Below, in pieces: positions 38,539 to 51,919 of a stretch of DNA of 64,000 nucleotides (position 1 is its first letter; every line of letters begins with the position of its first letter). This stretch comes from Octopus sinensis (Eukaryota), in contig NC_043025.1 in the NCBI RefSeq assembly GCF_006345805.1, forward strand, positions 7,316,001 to 7,380,000, read 5' to 3'. The translations under genes were made by a program, and so were the position numbers. Under the pieces are notes generated by a model. It did no database searches and was not told the DNA's origin. It saw nothing but the letters and a program-made list of their open reading frames with translations.

Positions 38539-40198
38539 AAGTTTGAACATAAGATAGGTAGAATATTTAGGCTGAATATGGCTGGTTTAACTGCTCAAGG
38601 GTTAACCTTTCCAATGACCCTAAACTACCTATATATGCTAACAAGTTATACACACGCACATCATATATAATCCACATCATCATCATCTTCCATGCATGGG
38701 TTGGAAGTTTGGCAGGAGCTGGCAAGCAACAGGACTGAAATAAGCACCACTGTCTGTTTTGGTAGGGCCCTTACTACTGGAAGCCCTTCAAAACATCAAC
38801 CATTTTGCAGAGTGGACTGGATGCTTTTCACATGGCACTAGGACTGATGAAGTCTGTCGGTATGGTCCTTATGGCGGCGAGCTGGCAGAAACGTTAGCAT
38901 GCCAGGCGAAATGCTAAGCGGTATTTCGTCTGCCGCTACGTTCTGAGTTGAAATTCCGCCGAGGTCAACTTTGCCTTTCATCCTTTCGGGGTTGATTAAA
39001 TAAGTACCAGTTACGCACTGGGGTCGATATAATCGACTCAATCCGTTTGTCTGTCCTTGTTTTCCTCTCTGTGTTTAGCCCCTTGTGGGTAATAAAGAAA
39101 TAGGTATGGTCTTTACTGCTGGATGTCCTTTGAAATGCCAACCACTTTACAGAGTAAACAGGATGATTTTTACATAGCTCCAGTACCGACAAGGTCACCA
39201 AGCAACTTGCAGGACAAGGATCCCGTGAGTGGGTGGGGTGATGGAAAAGGTGGCTTTGTGCCAGGTATATATATACATATATATCATCATTATTTAACAA
39301 CTATCTTCCATGTATGCATGGGTAGAACAGTTGACAGGTGGCGGCCAGGTAGAAAATCTACCCAAGGCTACTGTGTCTGTTTTGGCACAAACAGACAGAC
39401 ACACATACGAGTAGTCTTGCACCTTCTCTACAGCAAGAAACCTGTTCTGCTCTGGCCCTTTTTTGTCTCTCATCCCCCAGCATAGGTTTGTACCCCATGA
39501 ACCAACCCAGGGGTTCCCAGACTTGGAAACTGCATGGCAGCTTCACTGGTGTTGGTGCCACAAAAAACACACCCAAGACATCACCTGACACAAGATCACC
39601 CTCCTCCAATGCCCTCTCTTCTATTGCAGGACACCTGTTTCTTATTTCTTTACTACCCACAACGGACTAAACATAGAGGGGACAAACAAGGAAAGACAAA
39701 CAGATTAAGTCGATTACATCGACCCCAATGCGTAACTGGTGCTTAATTCATCGACCCCGAAAGGATGAAAGGCAAAGTCGACCTCGGCGGAATTTGAACT
39801 CAGAACGTAACGGCAGACAAAATACCTGTTTCTTTACTACCAACAAGGGGCTAAACACAGAGGGGACAAACAAGGACAGACAAATGGATTAAGTCGATTA
39901 CATCGACCCCAGTGCGTAACTGGTACTTAATTTATCGACCCCCGAAAGGATGAAAGGCAAAGTCGACCTCAGCGGAATTTGAACTCAGAACGTGCGTAAC
40001 AGCTGCTGCCTTTCTTGTCATATGCACAGCTGCCCAACGTCCGAAAATCTATTTATTTATTTTTATGATGATGATGGTGGTGGAGGTGGGGAGGGGGGTG
40101 ATCATGATAATGATGGCAATGATGATGGTGATGATAACAACGCTAATAATGACAACAGTAACGATGATAATGATTTGATGAGTCAATTAAGAACTTAC

Positions 40199-40300
40199 TT
40201 TGATGACTGGCGGCGTGACTTTGAATAATCTGTGGTTTTCGATAAAGTCATTTAACCGAAGTGTGGCCGACATGACAATTAACCTCAAAGGGTTCTTGCG
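40199..40300 (-). CDS. DHX37: DHX37 exon V10 (102 nt), SAT motif III
   Basis: [34 protein letters not shown]; gtccag/gtaagt flanks. Confidence 0.97.
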
Positions 40301-40382
40301 CTGGACAGGGGCAAAAAAAGAAAGACAAAAATATATAAACAAAATTATATAAAAAAAAGTTTGTTAATGAATCTATTATATA

Positions 40383-40772
40383 CAACGACCTTTATTCTCT
40401 AGAAAAACCACGACGCCGTGGTGATCTCATTCTTGCTCACAACATCATAAGCGGAAAGTGTAACCTCTCGAAAGAGCTGTTCTTCACTCCTGCTCCAGAG
40501 CGTCGGCTGCGGGGTCACTCCAAAAAGCTCTATTTGCGACAATTTCATCTCAATCGAAGGAGAGGGGCCTTCTCCGTCCGGGTTGCAGATCCGTGGAATA
40601 AGCTGCCGGACGAGATAGTGAAGATGCCGACGACCGCTCGGTTCAAAGTCTCTCTTGACCAGAAATGGCCTGAACTTTTTGCATGAACACCCTCCCTGTA
40701 CATAACCCATGTCCCCCTACATGGCCTTGCTTTTTGCTTTTTGAGCCAAAAAATTAACTTAACTTAACTTAA
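40383..40772 (+). mobile_element. CR1-like LINE 3' fragment
   Basis: same family and (AACTT)n tail as 16547-17080. Confidence 0.88.
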
Positions 40773-41234
40773 GAAGCAGTATTAGATTAAAATAGCCATC
40801 CGTGTTTCATACTTAATGTAAATGCATTGTCAAAAGCCAAATTAACAGCAGTATTTGGCTGGAGATAATATCTCTTATGGTGCATACATATTATACATAC
40901 ACACACACATGGTAACAAAAGGGTTAAAGTACTGTATTTTAATGTGTATAAGGAATCCTCATGTATAAAGAAGCCCCTAATTTTTGGGGGCTTAAAATTT
41001 GGAAAAAAGGTTTTGTAAGGGATTATAATACTATCCATGTATAAGAAACTCCCATATTTTTAACCGAATTTTCAAGAAAAGAGGGTTCCTTAAACAAGTT
41101 AAAATACGGGAATCCAAATTAAAATCCTTCATCAAAATTTCATGAGTTTTATATTCCAAACACCAATTTAATAATGACCAAGCTATTTTACCAAATTCTT
41201 CCTTATTTTCAAACATAATTGAAACAGAGTGTAT

Positions 41235-41570
41235 TTTGCCCAGAATATCAATCATTTGGAAGCCGTTCAGTGACGTGCAACCAAAAGAATACCCTCCATC
41301 AGGCGTTTGCCTTATTATGAACGCCTTACTTCCCTGGGCATGGATACATTGAAACTCCGACGTCTGGCAGCTGATTTGGCAGACACCCATAAAATTATCA
41401 ACCATCTTTACAAACAATAACTCTGAGTACCTTTTCAAACTCCACCTATCTAACACCCGTGGACATGTTTACAAAGTCAGAAAACAGCACAGCTCCTTCC
41501 ATGACTTTCGGAAACAATTTTCCACGCTAAGAGGTACTGAAGCATGGAACAAACTGCCGGCATCAGTTTG
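41235..41570 (+). mobile_element. degraded CR1-like LINE 3' fragment, second family
   Basis: NINHLEAVQ*RATKRIPSIRRLPYYERLTSLGMDTLKLRRL...TRGHVYK...EAWNKLP. Confidence 0.8.
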
Positions 41571-41684
41571 ATAGTAGCTGGCAAGGCAGAAGACTGCACC
41601 GGCATTCTGTGTCTGTTTTGGCAAGGTTTTTACGGCTGGATGCCTTTCCTAACACCTGTTGCTGTAGAGAAAGTACAAGGTTAC

Positions 41685-42500
41685 TCAGCCAGAGAGATAG
41701 AGTGGAAGTGAGAGAGGGGGGAAGCGAGTGGGAGTAAGAGGGAGAGAGAAGGGGGGAAGCGAGTGGGAGTAAGAGGGAGAGAGAAGGGGGGAAGCGAGTG
41801 GGAGTAAGAGGGAGAGAGAAGGGGGGAAGCGAGTGGGAGTAAGAGGGAGAGAGAAGGGGGGAAGCGAGTGGGAGTAAGAGTGAATGAGAGGGATAGAGTG
41901 AGGGGTGAGGCAGAGAGAGGGAGAGGGGAAAGGCAGAGAGGGAGAGCGAGAGAAGATATGGAAAGAGAGTGAGGGAGAAAAAAGCGGAGAGGGGAGAGGG
42001 CGAGAGAGAGAGGGGGAAAGACAGAGGAAGAGAGAGAGAAGATGGCGAGGGGAGAGAGAGAGAGAGAGACCGATCTGGAATGAGGACTGAAACAGGTGTG
42101 TAGCTGTAGAGGAGATGCATGGTAAGCGAACCAGAGGGAGGAGCAAGAGAAAGAAGGAGAGAGAGAGGAAGAGTGAGGAAGATAGAGAGAGAGAGAGAGT
42201 GAGGAAGGGAGAGAGAGGAAAAGAAAGCAGGAGTGCTAAAGAGGGCAAGAGAGCGATGGTGGTGAAGTGGAGGGAGGGGGCAGGGCAGAACATAGAAAGG
42301 GTGATAGAGTAAAGGAAGAGAGAGAGAGAGATATATAAGGCAGCGACTGCCAGAGGAATAGCGTCGAGGTAGAGGGAGGCTACGATATAAGTGGCAGGAC
42401 GTTGCCAAGGGAACGCGAGTAGGTAGCGGGAGGCAGAGACTAGTGAGTACATGGGAACATTGAGGGAGGGAGGGAGGGAGGATAGGAATGATAGAGAGAG
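41685..42500. repeat. GA-rich low-complexity tract with a 35-bp minisatellite (about 41716-41880)
   Basis: gagtgggagtaagagggagagagaaggggggaagc x4-5; it explains the long S/L/P-rich ORFs. Confidence 0.9.
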
Positions 42501-44004
42501 CAGAGCAGGGAGGACAGCATTCGTCACTGCAGCTCAGAATGGACTTGCAAAACTGGACTGATCAAAGGGAGAATACTCGACCTTGCCGACCCACAAGGTT
42601 TATTATTTGTTCACTAATTACCTGCCCCTAATGGATTTCTGTATCCAATAATTTCATTATTATTATTACTCTTTTACTCTTTTACTTGTTTCAGTCATTT
42701 GACTGCGGCCATGCTGGAGCACCGCCTTTAGTCGAGCAAATCGACCCCGGGACTTATTCTTTGTAAGCCCAGTACTTATTCTATCGGTCTCTTTTGCTGA
42801 ACTGCTAAGTCACGGGTTGTGAAGCAATGCTAGGGGGACAAACACACACACACACACATACATATATATATACATATATATATATATATACATATATACG
42901 ACAGGCTTCTTTCAGTTTCTGTCTACCAAATCCACTCACAAGGCATTGGTCGGCCCAGGGCTATAGCAGAAGACACTTGCCCAAGGTGCCACGCAGTGGG
43001 ACTGAACCCGGAACCATGTGGTTGGTTAGCAAGCTACTTACCACACAGCCACTCCTCTTACTCTTTACTCTTTTACTTGTTTCAGTCATTTGACTGCGGC
43101 CATGCTGGAGCACCACTTTTTAGTACTTATTCTATCGGTCTCTTTTTGCCGAACCGCTAAGTGACGGGGACGTAAACACACCAGCATCGGTTGTCAAGCA
43201 ATGCTAGGGGGACAAACACAGACATACATATAAATACATATATATATATATATACGACAGGCTTCTTTCAGTTTCCGTCTACCAAATCCACTCACAAGGC
43301 ATTGGTCGGCCCGGGGCTATTGCAGAAGACACTTGCCCAAGGTGCCACGCAGTGGGACTGAACCCGGAACCATGTGGTTGGTTAGCAAGCTACTTACCAC
43401 ACAGCCACTCCTGCGCTTATTATTATTATTTTAAAAGAAAAATGGTAACAAAAAGGTTAAAGTGATCAAAATCAAAACATTTTATCAAAATTCCAGATCA
43501 CATTTCAAACATCAGCTTAATTAACAACGAACTTGTGTTAATTAGTTCTTCGTTATTATCAAACTTGATTCCCGTTCGTGGCCGGTTGCCAGCTCTGTAT
43601 GGCCCCATGTCGGTGGCACGTAAAAGCACCATCCGTTCGTGTCCGTTGCCAGCATCGCCTGGCTTCCGTGCCGGTGACACGTAAAAGCACCATCCGTTCA
43701 TGGCCGTTCGCCAGCTCTGTCTGGCACCTGTGCAGGTGGCACGTAAAAAACACCCACTACACTCGCGGAGTGGTTGGCGTTAGGAAGGGCATCCAGCCGT
43801 AGAAACACTGCCAGATCTGACTGGGCCTGACGAAGCCTTCCAGCTTCACAGACCCCAGTTGACCCGTCCAACCCATGCTAGCATGGAAAGCGGACGCTAA
43901 ACGATGATGATGATGATGATTGAAACAAAGGCATTGTATTTCTGCAGAAATATAGTAACAATATGATTATTATTAAGTATGGCAGCATAGCGCTGGGCCC
44001 TTAC

Positions 44005-44118
44005 CTTCTGTCTGACAGGGACAACCCTAGATAGGAGCCCAATGAGTATGTCTGTATAAACTGTACGTTCGTGGGCTTCATCCAAAATAATAACACTGTA
44101 CTTGGACAGCAGGAAGTC
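44005..44118 (-). CDS. DHX37: DHX37 exon V9 (114 nt), DEAH motif II
   Basis: [38 protein letters not shown]; ttccag/gtaagg flanks. Confidence 0.98.
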
Positions 44119-44458
44119 CTGGAAAAGAAATTGCATAATAATAATAATAGTAATCGATCAACATGAATGGAAATTGTAGCTGTGATACCAGTGCCGGTGG
44201 CACATAAGAGAGCCATCCGAACGTGGCCATTGCCAGCGCCGCCCCGACTGGCTTCTGTGCCGGTGGCACATAAAAAGCACCATCCGATCAGTCCCACTGC
44301 ATACCACCTTGGGCAAGTGTCTTCTACTACAGCCTCGGGCCGACCAAAGCCTTGTGAGTGGATTTGGTAGACGGAAACTGAAAGAAGCCCGTCGTATATA
44401 TGTATATATGTATATATATATAATATATATAATATATAATATATATATATATATATAG

Positions 44459-44499
<41 letters not shown>

Positions 44500-44986
44500 A
44501 GTGTGTGTTTTGTGTGTCTGTGTTTGTCCCCCTAGCATTGCTTGACAACCGATGCTGGTGTGTTTATATCCCCGTCACTTAGCGGTTCGGCATAAGAGAC
44601 CGATAGAATAAGTACAGGGCTTACAAAAAGAATAAGTCCCGGGGTCGAGTTGCTCAATAAAAGGTGGTGCTCCAGCATGGCCGCAGTCAAATGACTGAAA
44701 CAAGTAAAAGAGTAAAAGAGAGAGATTACTCTGTCAAATATGATACTTATTTTTTTTTCATTCTTGTTTCAGTCATTAGACTTTGGCCATGCTGGGGCAT
44801 TGCCTTGAGGAATTTCTGGGCTTACAAAGGAATAAGTCCCGGGGTCGATTTGCTCGATTAAAGGCGGTGCTCCAGCATGGCCGCAGTCAAATGACTTAAA
44901 CAAATAAAAAAAAAAAAAAAAAAAAGATGCTGACAATGATAGTGATGGAGATGGTGCTAGTATGGTAACAAAAACCGGCCCCTTAC

Positions 44987-45083
44987 CTGCTGAATCTCCT
45001 TGAATAGAACACCATCAGTCATAAACTTCAGCTTTGTCTTGGGTGTTGTGTTCCCTTCGTACCTGATCTGATAGGAGACCACC
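44987..45083 (-). CDS. DHX37: DHX37 exon V8 (97 nt), motif Ib
   Basis: [32 protein letters not shown]; atgcag/gtaagg flanks. Confidence 0.97.
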
Positions 45084-45920
45084 CTGCATAACAGAGAATA
45101 AACACACTTACATACATATACTCATTTCTTTACTACCCACAAGGGGCTAAACACAGAGGGGACAAACAAGGACAGACAAACGGATTAAGCCGATTATATC
45201 GACACCAGTGCGTAACTGGTATGTGGAATTTGAACTCAGAACGTGAAGACGGACGAAGTACCTATTCTTTATTACCCACAAGGGGCTAAACATAGAGGGG
45301 ACAAACGGATTAAGTCGATTATATCGACCCCAGTATGCAAGCAACTGGTACTTATTTAATCATCCGATAGGATGAATGGTAAAGTGAAACTCGGCGGAAT
45401 TTGAACTCAATGTAACGGCAGACGAAATACCTATTTCTTTACTACCCACAAGGGGCTAAACACAAAGGCGACAAACAAGAACAGAGAAACGGATTAAGTC
45501 GATTATATAGACCCCAGCATGTAACTGGTACTTATTTAATCAACCCTGAAAGGATGAAAGGCAAAGTCAACCTCGGCAGAATTTGAACTCAGAACGTAAC
45601 GGCAGACGAAATACCACTAAGCATTCCGCCCGGCGTGCCAACGGTTCTGCCAGCTCGCCGACTTGTTACATACATATACTCATACATCGTGTGAAGGCAT
45701 GTGGCGTAATGGTTAGAGTGTTCAGTTCACAATTGTAAGGTCGTGAGTTCAATACCTAATGGAATGTTGTGTCCTTGAGCAAGACACTTTATTTCACATT
45801 GCTACAGCTGGCAAAAACAAGAAGTACCTGTAATTCACAAGGTCCATCCTTGTCACACTCTGTATCGCACCGAATCACCCTGGGAACTACGTTAAGGGTA
45901 CAAGTGTCTGTGGAGTACTC

Positions 45921-46346
45921 TGGCTACCCGCATGGTTTTTGGTCTCAAGCATTTGTCTTATGAAGAAAGGCTGAAGACGCTCGACCTTTATTCTCTAGAA
46001 AAACGACTCAGCCGTGGTGATCTCATTCTTGCTCACAACATCATTAACGGAAAGTGTAACCTCTCGAAAGAGCTGTTCTTCACTCCTGCCCCAGAGCATC
46101 GGCTGCGGGGTCACTCCGAAAAGCTCTACCTGCGACGATTTCATCTCAATCGAAGGAGAGGAGCTTTCTCCGTCCGGGTTGCGGATCCGTGGAATAAGCT
46201 GCCGGACGAGATGGTGAAGATGCCGACGACCGCTCGGTTCAAAGTCTCCCTTGACCACAAGCGGCCTGAACTCTTTACATGAACACCACCCTGGCCTTGC
46301 TTTTTGCTTTTTGAGCCAAAAAATTAACTTACCTAACTTAACTTAA
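45921..46346 (+). mobile_element. CR1-like LINE 3' fragment
   Basis: MVFGLKHLSYEERLKTLDLYSLEKRLSRGDLIL...; (AACTT)n tail. Confidence 0.88.
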
Positions 46347-46639
46347 TTCCACGAGCAGGCTGTTCCATTGATTGGATCAACTAGAACCCTCATTATCATT
46401 TACCTTTGAAGAACCAGACATGTGTGCTTGCATGTGTATGGCTGATTGGTTAGGGGCATTCGGCTCATGATCATAAAGACATGAGTTCAATTCCCAGTGA
46501 CGTGTTGTGTCCTTGAGCAAGACACTTTATTTCACGTTGCTCCAGTCCACTCAACTGGCGAAAATGAGTAGTACTTCTTTTTCAAAGGGCCAGCCCTGTG
46601 TCACATTTTATGTTATGCTGAATCTCCCTGTAAACTACA

Positions 46640-47440
46640 ATAACCCTTTTGTTACCATATTTCTGTTGAGATGCTCTGTGTTTCTTTCAATTACTTTAAA
46701 TATAACAAAGAATTTAGTAAAATAACTTAGTATTCATTAAGCTAGTGTTAGAAACATAAATTGTGACTAAGGTTTGGTGGAAGATTTTAATTCCAAACTT
46801 ATGAAAACAAGACATTTGTACTACAGAGCCAGAGGTGGTTTCAGCCAGGTTGGTATCGAAAGGGTTAAAAATATCATGGTGACTTTAACCCTTCTGTTAC
46901 CATATTTCTGTTGAGATGCTCTGTGTTTCTTTCAATTAATTTTAAATATAACAAAGAATTTAGTAAAATAACTTAGTTATCATTAAGTTAGTGTTAGTAA
47001 CATTAATTGTGACTAAGGTTTGGTGGAAGATTTTAATTCAAAACTTAGGAAAACAAGATATTTGTAATACAGAGCCAGGGGTGGTTTCAGCCGGGTTGGT
47101 CATGAAAGGGTTAAACACACCTCTACATTTGGGCAGATGTACATTAGAAGCAGTTGGAAGGGTGTGGATTGAAGGAAATTTAGGCTATTATTTCTAGCAT
47201 ATAGAGTGACCACGTTGAGGTCTCCTTCTCTCATGGCTTCTGCTGATTATTTTTCTTCTTAACCCTTTTGTTACCATATTTCTATTGAGATGCTCTGTGT
47301 TTCTTTCAATTAATTTTGAATATAACAAAGAATTTAGTAAATTAACTTATTTATCATTAAGCTAGTGTTAGGAACATAAATTGTGACTAAGGTCTGGTGA
47401 AAGATTTCAGTTGAAAACTTTTGAAAACAAGTAACTAATT
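46640..47440 (-). repeat. short P1 MITE array (about 3 units, containing both spacer types)
   Basis: same units and the same 16-bp and 142-bp spacers as 18968-24495, in reverse orientation. Confidence 0.88.
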
Positions 47441-47711
47441 GATTGTTTAATCCTTTAGTGTTTAAACTGGACAGATCAGGCTTCTCACACCGACCTTGCA
47501 GTTGAGAATCACAGCTTTACACAGCTGGACACACACATTTTAGACAAGTGGGGGACACACGTACACATGAACAGAACAGATGAGCAGACACACACATACA
47601 CACATTAACACATTAGACAAACATACACACACTTTAAACAGCTTGTTAGATACGATGTAATGTTGGCTTGCATCACATGTGGAAGCAAAGGTCATATCGT
47701 ATTTTACTTAC

Positions 47712-47804
47712 TCTGAAGACAAATTCATTTCACTGGCAACGCGATTGGACATGCTGATCGCTGCTACACGGCGTGGTTCAGTGATTCCTATTATACCACC
47801 ATTG
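47712..47804 (-). CDS. DHX37: DHX37 exon V7 (93 nt), motif Ia
   Basis: [30 protein letters not shown]; ctacag/gtaagt flanks; phase 2/2. Confidence 0.97.
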
Positions 47805-48334
47805 CTGTAGAAATAATAATAATAATAATGATGATGATAATAAAAGTAATAATAATCAAGACGAAGAGCGTGATTCGATTGTAAGATATCTTATCAGTTG
47901 AACGATATTTCAACAGTACGTCCAAAGTAAGTGATAAAAATTCAAAATTATAGAAATTTAAACATAAAGTATGAACGAGAGGAACTAGCATCCAAACGGT
48001 GACGGAATGACATCATCAGTTTTTAAGTTACAATTTTATAACAGGCGAAAAGAAAAAGACAGAAAAAAAGGAGAGAGAAAGAAGATTATTTAATCAAACA
48101 GCTTTGTATAACCCTTTAGTGTTTAAACCGGCCATATCAGGCCAAAATTGTCTTCTTGTTTTATGCTCAAACCAGCCAGCTCTGACCTCTCACACTTACC
48201 CTACAAAGTCATTCTAAAAATAAACAGGGACATCATCAATATCCCAGAGTTACAAGATGCTGTACAATTAATTTAAAATAATGTAATTAAACAGGCTTTA
48301 CATTTGACAGAGTAATCTGAATGCTAAAGAGTTA

Positions 48335-49070
48335 AATTTGATGATATTCTCCTGTCATTTTATGCGTTCCTCCAGGGCGTGATGTTAATAACCTGCAAAC
48401 ATATTTCTCCTCGTGCTTTTTGAGTACTGAAAGTGTGACAGATTCAGAATATTTCCTGAGAATATGCACTTCCAAGTCTTTTTCAAAATTGCAGCCGCTT
48501 GAAACAAAATGTTCAGCAAGTTCTATCGAACTCCTGTTATTGTGCCTGACATCAAATCTGTGCCCATTAAACCTTTTGTTTAATTGTTCCGTTGTGAAAC
48601 CAGCATAAATTAAGTTGTGTTTCGTGCATTCTGCAGCATGCACCAAATGGGAATCTTTACATGTTCCACCTTCTGTACAAATCATAACATTTCTGTTATG
48701 ATTTCTGATGGAATTCACTTCGCTCATGTTGTTGCACATGGTGGAGATAAGATAATGCACATAAATACATACGGATATATGAACCCATATATATATATAT
48801 ATACTTGGCACGTAAAAAGCACCATCCAAATCGTGGCCGAAGCCAGTGCCGCCTCGACTGGCTTCCGTGCAGGTGGCACGTAAAATGCACCAATCCGACC
48901 GTGGCCGATGCCAGCCTCGCCTGGCACCAGTGCAGGTGGCACGTAAAAAGCACCCACTCTTGCGGCTGTTCTTTAAGGTACAGCGTGTAGATACTCCAAT
49001 GTTCATTTTCTTGGAGTCAGATATAGAGGTCAATAATTCTCTTATATTCTTATTCTGTCTAAAGGCTACA
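48335..49070 (-). mobile_element. Penelope-like element fragment (linker plus GIY-YIG endonuclease), interrupted
   Basis: IVAFRQNKNIRELL linker; C...MCNNM; GTCKDSHLVHAAECTKHNLIYAGFTTEQLNKRFNGHRFD...ELAEHF...LEVHIL...HEEKYVCRLLTSRPGG follows the Penelope GIY-YIG pattern. Confidence 0.82.
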
Positions 49071-49276
49071 ATATCATTAAGCTAGTGTTAGGAACATAAA
49101 TTGTGACTAAGGTTTGGTGGAAGATTTCATTCAAAACTTATGAAAACAGGACATTTGTACTCAGAGCCAGAGCCGGTTTCAGCTGGGTTGGTATCAGAAA
49201 AAAACCGTTATGGTATGAAAGATAGTTGGGGATGAGGGACTTTATTCGACAACAGCAAAATTAAAATTATACTCAC

Positions 49277-49425
49277 TGGGCATAGCCAGCCTCATATAAG
49301 AATTGGGGTACTTGAGTGGTCTTGCCTGACCCTGTGTCCCCAACTACAAGGACGACAGGGTTCTCATGGATTGCTTCCATCACCTGTTGTTCTTCACTTA
49401 AGATTGGCAGCTTGAGACGGGATTC
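49277..49425 (-). CDS. DHX37: DHX37 exon V6 (149 nt), Walker A / motif I
   Basis: [49 protein letters not shown]; cttcag/gtgagt flanks. Confidence 0.97.
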
Positions 49426-49489
49426 CTGAAGGTCCAGAGAAAAGAAGACAACACTTGTAATAATAAAAGTGACGGGGCTTGTAATAATT

Positions 49490-49521
<32 letters not shown>

Positions 49522-49633
49522 TCCATGCCTGGATACCCTTCCTGTCACCAACCCTCACCTGTGTCCAAGCAAAGTAAAATTTCCCACAGCTAGGCATTTT
49601 TTCATGGAAGACATGAAATAAACAACATCACTT

Positions 49634-50152
49634 GTTAAGTTAAGTTAAGTTAATTTTTTGGCTCAAAAAGCAAAAAGCAAGGCCATGTAGGGGGACATGG
49701 AGTTATGTACAGGGTGGTGTTCATGCAAAGAGTTCAGGCCATTTCTGATCAAGAGAGATTTTGAACCGAGCGGTCGTCGGCATCTTCACTATCTTGTCAG
49801 GCAGCTTATTCCATGGATCCGCAACCTGGACGGAGAAAGCCCCTTCGATTGAGATGAAATCGTCACAGATAGAGCTTTTCGGAGTGACCCCGCAGCCGAT
49901 GCTCTGGAGCAGGAGTGAAGAACAGCTCTTTTGAGAGGTTACACTTTCCGCTTATGATGTTGTGAGCAAGAATGAGATCACCACGGCGGGGGCGTTTTTC
50001 TAGAGAATAAAGGTCGAGCGTCTTCAGCCTTTCTTCATAGGACAAATGCTTGAGACCAAGAACCATGCGGGTAGCCAGCTTCTGGACTCTTTCAAGATGA
50101 TGTATGTCTTTGAGGAGATAAGGAGAAGAGGCTTGAATCCTGTACTCCAATA
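49634..50152 (-). mobile_element. CR1-like LINE 3' fragment (sense to the gene)
   Basis: RPILEYRIQASSPYLLKDIHHLERVQKLATRMV...; (AAGTT)n tail on the plus strand. Confidence 0.9.
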
Positions 50153-50209
50153 TGGGTCTCACCAGAACAATGGTGCTTGCTTATGACCATCATGTGGTGT
50201 CAAATCATC

Positions 50210-51420
50210 ATCATCATCCTCATTTAACGTCCGCTTTCCATGCTAGCATGGGTTGGACGGTTCAACTGGAGTCTGGGGAGCCCGAAGGCTGCACCAGGCC
50301 GGTCAGATCTGGCAGTGTTTCTACAGCTGGATGCCCTTCCTAACGCCAACCACTCCGAGAGTGTAGTGGGTGATTTTATGTGCCACCGACACAGGTGCCA
50401 GACGAGGCTGGCGAACGGCCACGCTCGGATGGTGTTTTTTATGTGCCACCGACACAGGTGCCAGACAAGGCTGGCAGACGGCCACGCTCGGATGGTGTTT
50501 TTATGTGCCACCGACACAAGTGCCAGATGAGGCTGGCGAACGGCCACGATCGGATGGTGTTTGTTACATGCCCACAGCACGGAGGCCAGTCGATGCGGTA
50601 CTGGCTACGGCCACGTTCGGATGGTTTTCTTGTGTGCCACCGGCACTGGTACCACAAAGATACAAATTCTATTGATGTTCATCTATTTTGATTTGGTTTG
50701 ATTTTCACTTGCCTCAACAGGTCTTCACAACTGTCACACACTTGCCTCAACAGGTCTTCACAAGTGTCACATACTTGCCTCAACAGGTCTTCACAAGTGT
50801 CATAAGAAGGAAGGTATGCACAGGTGGACTGACTACGTCCCAGGTAGGGGCCACGGGTTATGGCCTGACTAGTCTTGCCGGGTCTTTGGATGGTGTTTTT
50901 ATGTGCCACCAACACAGGTGCCAAATGAGGCTGGCGAACGGCCACGATCGGATGGTGTTTGTTACGTGCCCACAGCACGGAGGCCAGTCGATGTGGTACT
51001 GGCTACCGCCACGTTCGGATGGTATTCTTGTGTGCCACCGGCATTGGTACCACAAAGATACAAATTCCATTGATGTTCATCTATTTTGATTTGATTTGAT
51101 TATGATTATTATTATTATTATTATCACTTGCCTCAACAGGTCTTCACAAGTGTCATAAGAAGGAAGGTATGCACAGGTGGACTGACTACGTCCCAGGAAG
51201 GGGCCACGGGCTATGGCCTGACTAGTCTTGCCGGGTCTTCGGACAGGTGCCAGATGAGGCTGGCGAACGGCCACGATCGGATGGCGTTTGTTATGTGCCC
51301 ACAGCACGGAGGCCAGTCGATGCGGTACTGGCTACAGCCACGTTCGGATGGTTTTCTTGTGTGCCACCGGCACTGGTACCACAGAGATACAGATTCCATT
51401 GATGTTCATCTATTTTTTTT
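50210..51420 (-). mobile_element. RTE-type 3' UTR with local triplication and a 33-bp internal repeat
   Basis: block gacccggcaagactagtcaggcc...gatgaacatc recurs about every 380 bp; cacttgcctcaacaggtcttcacaagtgtc x3. Confidence 0.75.
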
Positions 51421-51919
51421 TTTTTTTTTCAAGGATATATATATTTCTTTACTACCCACAAGGGGCTAAACATGGAGGGGACAAACAAGGAGAGACAAAC
51501 GGATTAAGTCGATTACAACAACCCCAGTGCATAACTGGCACTTATTTTATTGACCCCGAAAGGATGAACGGCAAAGTCGACCTATGCGGAATTTGAACTC
51601 GGAACGTAACGACAGACGAAATACAGCTACGGATTTCGCCCGGCGTGCTAACGTTTCTGCCAGCTCGCCACCTTTAAGGATACATAGTCACACAAACACA
51701 CACATGGATACATGTATATACATACACACAAGCTTTGGTTGGCCCAGGGCTACAGCAGAGGACACTTGCCCAAGGTGCCAAGCAGCAGGACTGAACCCAA
51801 AACCTAGTGGTCCGAAAGCCAACTTCTTAACCTCATGACCTTACCTACACCGAGCAATATGGCCCACAAAATGGTTCAACATAATTGGAGAAATAAAAGA
51901 GAGAAACTAGGACACTGAC

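Noticed and set aside
41563-42527. 280-aa ORFs, the longest in the track
   Set aside because: They result from a stop-poor GA/CT low-complexity tract, with no domain features or splice support.
50810-50890. HDV-like ribozyme in the RTE UTR block
   Set aside because: I could not assign the nested double pseudoknot. The sequence follows the ORF2 end, whereas RTE HDV-like ribozymes are typically at the 5' end.
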